In this document: positions 59,721 through 64,000 of the stretch, piece after piece
How the letters are laid out: each line of letters opens with the position of its first letter
Position numbering within the stretch: the first letter of the stretch is position 1
NCBI GenBank assembly: GCA_943370615.1
Contig: CALRRQ020000010.1
Location: 30,553-94,552, forward strand
Length of the DNA: 64,000 nt
Direction: 5' to 3'
Origin: Rhizobium sp. Q54
Lineage (GTDB): Bacteria > Pseudomonadota > Alphaproteobacteria > Rhizobiales > Rhizobiaceae
Position numbers and translations under genes: made by a program
Notes under the pieces: generated by a model
Seen by the model: the letters and a program-made list of their open reading frames with translations, nothing else
Told to the model about the DNA's origin: nothing
The model's database searches: none

Positions 59721-62204
59721 TCATGGCAGGATCTTGTCATCATCCGGCGGATCGCGCAAATCCGCATGCGGACCGGGCTTGCGTGCATCGGCGCGGCCGC
59801 TGAACAAGCGCCGGTCCTTTTCGTCGAGATGCAGGTGCACTTCCTGATGGGGATAGGGCATGAGGATGCCCTTCGAGCGGAACCGCTCAAGGATCGTCAC
59901 CCGCAGTTCGTTGCGGATCGGCAGGGCGCCCAGCACGTCGCCGATGAAACCGCGCAGCTCGAAATCGAGCGAGGACGCGCCGAACCCGTTGAACATCACC
60001 ACGGGCTCGGGATTGCGCAACAAGCCGGGATGGGCGAGCGCGATCTCCATCAACAGGTCCATGACCTGCCGCGGGTCGCTGTCGTAGGACACGCTGACGG
60101 GGATCTCGATGCGGCCGAGCTTGTTGCGGTGGGTCCAGTTGCCGACCGGCGCATTGATCAGCTCGGAATTCGGCACGATGATCGACTGGCGCTGGAAGGT
60201 CTCGATCTCGGTCGCGCGCACCGAAATACGCCGCACGAAACCCTCGGTCGTGCCGGTCGCCACCCAGTCGCCGACCTTGAAGGGCCGCTCGACCAGGAGG
60301 ATCAGGCCGGAAACGAAGTTGGAGACGATGTTCTGCAGGCCGAAGCCGATGCCGAGCGACAGGGCGCCGGCGACTAGGGCGAGGCTCGACAGGTCGATGC
60401 CGGCCGCCGAGATCCCGATCAGCCCGGCAATGCCGGTGCCGAGATAGCCGACCCCGGTCTTGACCGAGTTTCGCACGCCGGCATCGACGTGGGAACGGGC
60501 CATGACATTGCCGTCGAGCCATTTCTGCAGCCAGCGCGTGGCGACGAGACCGAGACTGAACAGCAGGATGCCGCCCAGAATGCCGAAGATCGAGATGCGG
60601 ATCGTGCCGATATTGATCTCGGTGAAGATGTTGATCAGCCAGATCTCCAGATCGCGCGGCTGGAAACCCCAGGAGATCAGGATGAGCGGAATGCCGATCG
60701 ATAGCGCGAAGACATAGATGGCAAGACCGGCCGCGATCCCGGCCTGGTCGAGGCCGACCGGCTTCAGGTTGAAGCGCCGCTGCAGGAACCGGCCGACGCG
60801 CGTCTCGCCGAACTGGTTGGGTGCGGAGATCGCCTTGCCGGACAGGATGCCGATATACATGGTCGCGACGACCGCGCCGGTGAGCACGATCTGGGTGGCG
60901 AGGAAGCGCGACAGGCCCACATAGCCGATGGCGCTGAGCAGGATGAGGCCGAAGCCGATCAGCCGGAACAGCACAGCGATGGTCTTCGGCCAGGGACGGC
61001 CGCGCTCGGCCGGATCGCCACTCTCGCTCAGCACCGGACGCAGGAACGAGACGATGAAGACGATCAGCCCGACGATCACCGACGAGATAAAGCTCTTCAT
61101 CACCGTCAGCACCACGGGCGAGCTCAGCGTCTCGCTGACCGCGCCGAGCACATAGTCTGAGCCGTTGACGACCGCCATGGAGAGCACGGCAAAATTCAGG
61201 TCTCGCGCGCCCTTGTTCGACAGCCTGACGAGCCGCCAGCTCGGCGCCTTCGGCGCAAGCACGGCGCGCGCCAGCATGGCGACGAAGAAGACGAGGCCGG
61301 CAAAGCCGAACAGGGCCGCGGCGATCGGCGCGATGTCCGGCCTCAGCACGTTGAACGTGTCGAGGAAGAAGAAGCTCGCCACCAGGAAAGCGCCGAGCGC
61401 CAGCGCCGGCAGGATGGTCGACCAGAAGGCGACCGAAAACCGGCTCATATAGGTCGGATTGCTCTCGGCCGGATCGCGGCGGATCAGCGAGCCGAACAGC
61501 CGGTACTCGGCCGCCAGCAGCACCAGCGCCATGACCAGCGACAGCATCACCGCCGTGCCGAGCGGCACGCGTTTGAATTTCCAGATGAACGAGAACCAGC
61601 TGCTGACGGTTCGGTTGAAATCGCTGAGCTCGGAGGAGAACACGTTGATCGCGTCGTCGAGCACGTCGCCCGAGATCTCGGTATGCTCGAACAGGCGCTC
61701 GGTGAAGAGCTGGCGCCTGAGGTCGGTGATCGAGTCGGAAAGATTGGAGGCCCGGATCGAAAGATCCTCGGCCCGGCCCGTGAGGGTGTTGATCTCGAGC
61801 CGCGTGGCGTTCAGCCGATTGCGCTCCTCGGTAACGGCGGGCGCCTCTTCCGGGTCGCCTTCGGCCGGCTTCTCGCCGAGCTGGGCCAGCCGTGCCTTGA
61901 CGTCGTTGAACCGCGGCCTGAGTTCGACCGAGATCTTGAGCAGCTGGCGGATGAGTTCGTCGGCCTTGACCTTCACGTCGACGAGCGCCGCATCGTCGTT
62001 CTTGCGCTGTTCGACCTGTCCCTCGATGACGCCGAGCGCCTTTTCCGCCTCGGCGATCTGGGCGCTGACGCTCTCGACGACATCGTCCCGCGCCGGCACG
62101 ACCTCCTGGGCGAATGCCGGGAGGGCGCAACAGGCTGCGACGAGGGGCTGGAAGGCCAGCACCATGACGAGGGCGAAGGGAAAAAGGCGGCGGTTGCGAA
62201 ACAA
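59721..62204 (-). CDS. Large MscS-family mechanosensitive channel with a periplasmic coiled-coil N-terminal domain
   Basis: GIGFGLQNIVSNFVSGLILLVERPFKVGDW, ISVRATEIETF and IVPNSELI. TTG start at 62204 with an AAGGA RBS. Confidence 0.9.
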   Translation of the reverse strand: MFRNRRLFPFALVMVLAFQPLVAACCALPAFAQEVVPARDDVVESVSAQIAEAEKALGVIEGQVEQRKNDDAALVDVKVKADELIRQLLKISVELRPRFNDVKARLAQLGEKPAEGDPEEAPAVTEERNRLNATRLEINTLTGRAEDLSIRASNLSDSITDLRRQLFTERLFEHTEISGDVLDDAINVFSSELSDFNRTVSSWFSFIWKFKRVPLGTAVMLSLVMALVLLAAEYRLFGSLIRRDPAESNPTYMSRFSVAFWSTILPALALGAFLVASFFFLDTFNVLRPDIAPIAAALFGFAGLVFFVAMLARAVLAPKAPSWRLVRLSNKGARDLNFAVLSMAVVNGSDYVLGAVSETLSSPVVLTVMKSFISSVIVGLIVFIVSFLRPVLSESGDPAERGRPWPKTIAVLFRLIGFGLILLSAIGYVGLSRFLATQIVLTGAVVATMYIGILSGKAISAPNQFGETRVGRFLQRRFNLKPVGLDQAGIAAGLAIYVFALSIGIPLILISWGFQPRDLEIWLINIFTEINIGTIRISIFGILGGILLFSLGLVATRWLQKWLDGNVMARSHVDAGVRNSVKTGVGYLGTGIAGLIGISAAGIDLSSLALVAGALSLGIGFGLQNIVSNFVSGLILLVERPFKVGDWVATGTTEGFVRRISVRATEIETFQRQSIIVPNSELINAPVGNWTHRNKLGRIEIPVSVSYDSDPRQVMDLLMEIALAHPGLLRNPEPVVMFNGFGASSLDFELRGFIGDVLGALPIRNELRVTILERFRSKGILMPYPHQEVHLHLDEKDRRLFSGRADARKPGPHADLRDPPDDDKILP

Positions 62205-62356
62205 AGTCGGTCCTTGCAATGGTCTGAAATCTGCGCGGACCATAGTGGCTGTTTTAGCCAAAAGAAAGAACGCCATGGCGGGCCGTCGCGACGAAAATCG
62301 CCGCGCGTCGATCAGGACGCCCGGCGATCAAATCGGCACAGTCAGTCACGGACGGT

Positions 62357-62878
62357 TCAGGCGGTCGCCATGGTCTCGCGCAGCGCTTCGAACCGCTGCA
62401 ACTGGTCCGCCAGCAAAGCCTTCTCCGCATCACGCCGGACGAAGATCTTGAACATCGCCCGGCCCTCTTCGTTCATGAACCACACGGAACACGACCGCCG
62501 CCCGTGGAAACCGCGGTCGACGAAGGCGATCGAGGCGCAGCGATCCTTGCGGATATGCCCGCCGATCGGGCTGTCGCCGTGGATGTTGAACCAGCCATGG
62601 CCCACGCTGCCTTCCGGCAGCGCACCCTCGACCTCGAGCACGATGTCGTCGGTGTGCACGATCATCAACACGTCGCCCCAGCCTGCCATATCCTGCCAGA
62701 TCGCCAGGAACCGGTCGGAGGGAGCCAGCACCGCGGCGCCGGGCGGCAGGACCGCCAGGACCTCGGCCGGGGTCACGTCCGCCTGGGCGGCGATCGCCTC
62801 GACGACGCCGTCGGGCTTTTCGGCAAGTGCTGCGCGCGCCCGCTCGGCACGCTCGGGGCTGTTGGCCGCCAGATGCAT
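62357..62878 (-). CDS. hutX: Cytosolic heme carrier, HutX/ChuX family
   Basis: Motifs HGWFNIHG..IGGHI, FVDRGFHGRRSCSVWF and MFKIFVRRD. Confidence 0.85.
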   Translation of the reverse strand: MHLAANSPERAERARAALAEKPDGVVEAIAAQADVTPAEVLAVLPPGAAVLAPSDRFLAIWQDMAGWGDVLMIVHTDDIVLEVEGALPEGSVGHGWFNIHGDSPIGGHIRKDRCASIAFVDRGFHGRRSCSVWFMNEEGRAMFKIFVRRDAEKALLADQLQRFEALRETMATA

Positions 62879-62889
62879 CGCGCCGCTCC

Positions 62890-63231
62890 TCACGCCGCCT
62901 CGTCGACGCGCTTGCCGTCGCGGTCCTCGTGGATGATGACCTCGAAGCCCTCGAAATGCGGGCCGGACAGGTACTGGACCTTGGATTCGCCGGCACGGGC
63001 ATGGGCGGCACGGAACTGCTCGGACTTGGTCCAGGCCTTGAAATGCTCCTCGGTCTCCCAGACCGCATGCGAGGCATAGAGCGTGTGATCTTCGGCCGTC
63101 GGACCCTTCAGCATGTGGAATTCCACATAGCCGGGCACCTCGGCCAGACGCCCCTTGCGGTTCGCCCACATGGCCTCGAAGGCCTCCTCGTGGCCGGGTA
63201 CGACCCGAAAACGGTTCATCGCAATAAACAT
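62890..63231 (-). CDS. Antibiotic-biosynthesis monooxygenase family, IsdG/HmuQ-like heme-degrading enzyme
   Basis: MFIAMNRFRV, VPGYVEFHML and WTKSEQFRAAH. It lies within the heme locus. Confidence 0.8.
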   Translation of the reverse strand: MFIAMNRFRVVPGHEEAFEAMWANRKGRLAEVPGYVEFHMLKGPTAEDHTLYASHAVWETEEHFKAWTKSEQFRAAHARAGESKVQYLSGPHFEGFEVIIHEDRDGKRVDEAA

Positions 63232-63343
63232 GGCTGAAATCCTCTCTCTATCTGTCGGGCAGGCCGCCGGTCCCGTGGCGACGGCTGTATTTCAAGCCGC
63301 CCCCGAGCCCTGTCGCGGCGGCGCCGTGTTGCCTTGGTATTTA

Positions 63344-63366
63344 AACTTGTGTATTTGTGTCAAGTT
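63344..63366. promoter_or_regulatory. RirA IRO-type operator
   Basis: AACTTGT-GTATTTGTG-TCAAGTT, i.e. TGA-N9-TCA with one mismatch and palindromic flanks. It lies between divergent heme genes. Confidence 0.65.
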
Positions 63367-63459
63367 AAATGTCGCCGGCCACGGCGCACCTCCATCCTTA
63401 GGCTTCCGGCGCTCAGCGTGCCGGCAGCGCTTCCCCTTTGGCAACAGGAATTTCCCCGC

Positions 63460-64000
63460 ATGCAGCTTTTCCGAGCCCCGCGCACCGCCGCAAGAACCTT
63501 CGCCGCACCCCTCATCCTGCTGGCGCTTGCCGGTGCATCGGCCCGCGCCGCCGAGGTCCCGACGGATGCGAAACGAATCGTGTCGATCGGCGGAACGGTG
63601 ACGGAGATCATCTACGCGCTGGGCGACGACGCCCGCATCGTCGCGGTCGACAGCACAAGCACCTATCCGGCGAGCGCGGCGGACAAGCCCGATGTCGGTT
63701 ATATCCGCCAGCTCTCCGCCGAAGGCGTGCTGTCGCAGAAGCCCGATCTGATCATCGCCGAAGCGGGCGCCGGCCCGGCCGACGCGATGGCCATCCTGAA
63801 GGCCAGCGGCATTCCGATCGTCACCATACCCACGCCCCCCGAGGCAGGCGCGATCGCCGCCAAGATCCGCGCCGTCGGCGCGGCCGTCGGCAGGGACGAC
63901 GCGGCGGACAAGCTCGCGACCGAAGTCGATGCCGCGCTGAAAACGCTGGAGACACGCGTCTCCGCCCTGTCCGTGCCGAAGAAGCGCGTGCTCTTTGCCC
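63460..64000 (+). CDS. hmuT: Hemin ABC transporter periplasmic binding protein (3' end lies outside the window)
   Basis: Hand translation from ATG 63460 gives a signal peptide, RIVSIGGTVTEIIYALG, VAVDSTSTYP and GYIRQLSAEGVLS. Confidence 0.88.
   Translation, partial: MQLFRAPRTAARTFAAPLILLALAGASARAAEVPTDAKRIVSIGGTVTEIIYALGDDARIVAVDSTSTYPASAADKPDVGYIRQLSAEGVLSQKPDLIIAEAGAGPADAMAILKASGIPIVTIPTPPEAGAIAAKIRAVGAAVGRDDAADKLATEVDAALKTLETRVSALSVPKKRVLFA

Overview
High-GC alphaproteobacterial chromosomal window from a member of the Rhizobiaceae. The gene order resembles Sinorhizobium/Shinella, which is an inference from synteny I recall. It is mostly housekeeping backbone: the end of a malic enzyme gene, a sinR/sinI-type AHL quorum-sensing pair, an MCP, bluB under a cobalamin riboswitch, nadE, class II DAHP synthase, gor, rpiA, gph, an L,D-transpeptidase, an arsR-arsC-acr3 cassette, tandem class II and class I fumarases, two diguanylate cyclases, moaA/mobAB, a long repeat-rich OmpA-family protein, a polar amino-acid ABC system, a PdhS2/CbrB-like kinase, cobT/cobS/dgkA, an MscS channel and the start of a heme-uptake locus. 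I saw no rRNA, tRNA, CRISPR array, transposase or phage genes. The most interesting signal not explained by ordinary annotation is the 15267-15806 intergenic region. It holds an unannotated 37-aa membrane peptide ORF, then a near-consensus EcfG/RpoE2 promoter, and then a putative ~75-nt sRNA made of a hairpin, a C-rich anti-SD-like linker and a terminator. Other leads are a REC-REC / REC-REC-GGDEF paralog pair with a D-to-N pseudo-receiver, a tandem winged-helix unknown protein, a Cys-clamped coiled-coil repeat in the OmpA protein, and several operator motifs (lux-box-like, Pho, LiuR-like, RirA IRO, MarR). All calls were made by eye from the sequence. No database searches were run.
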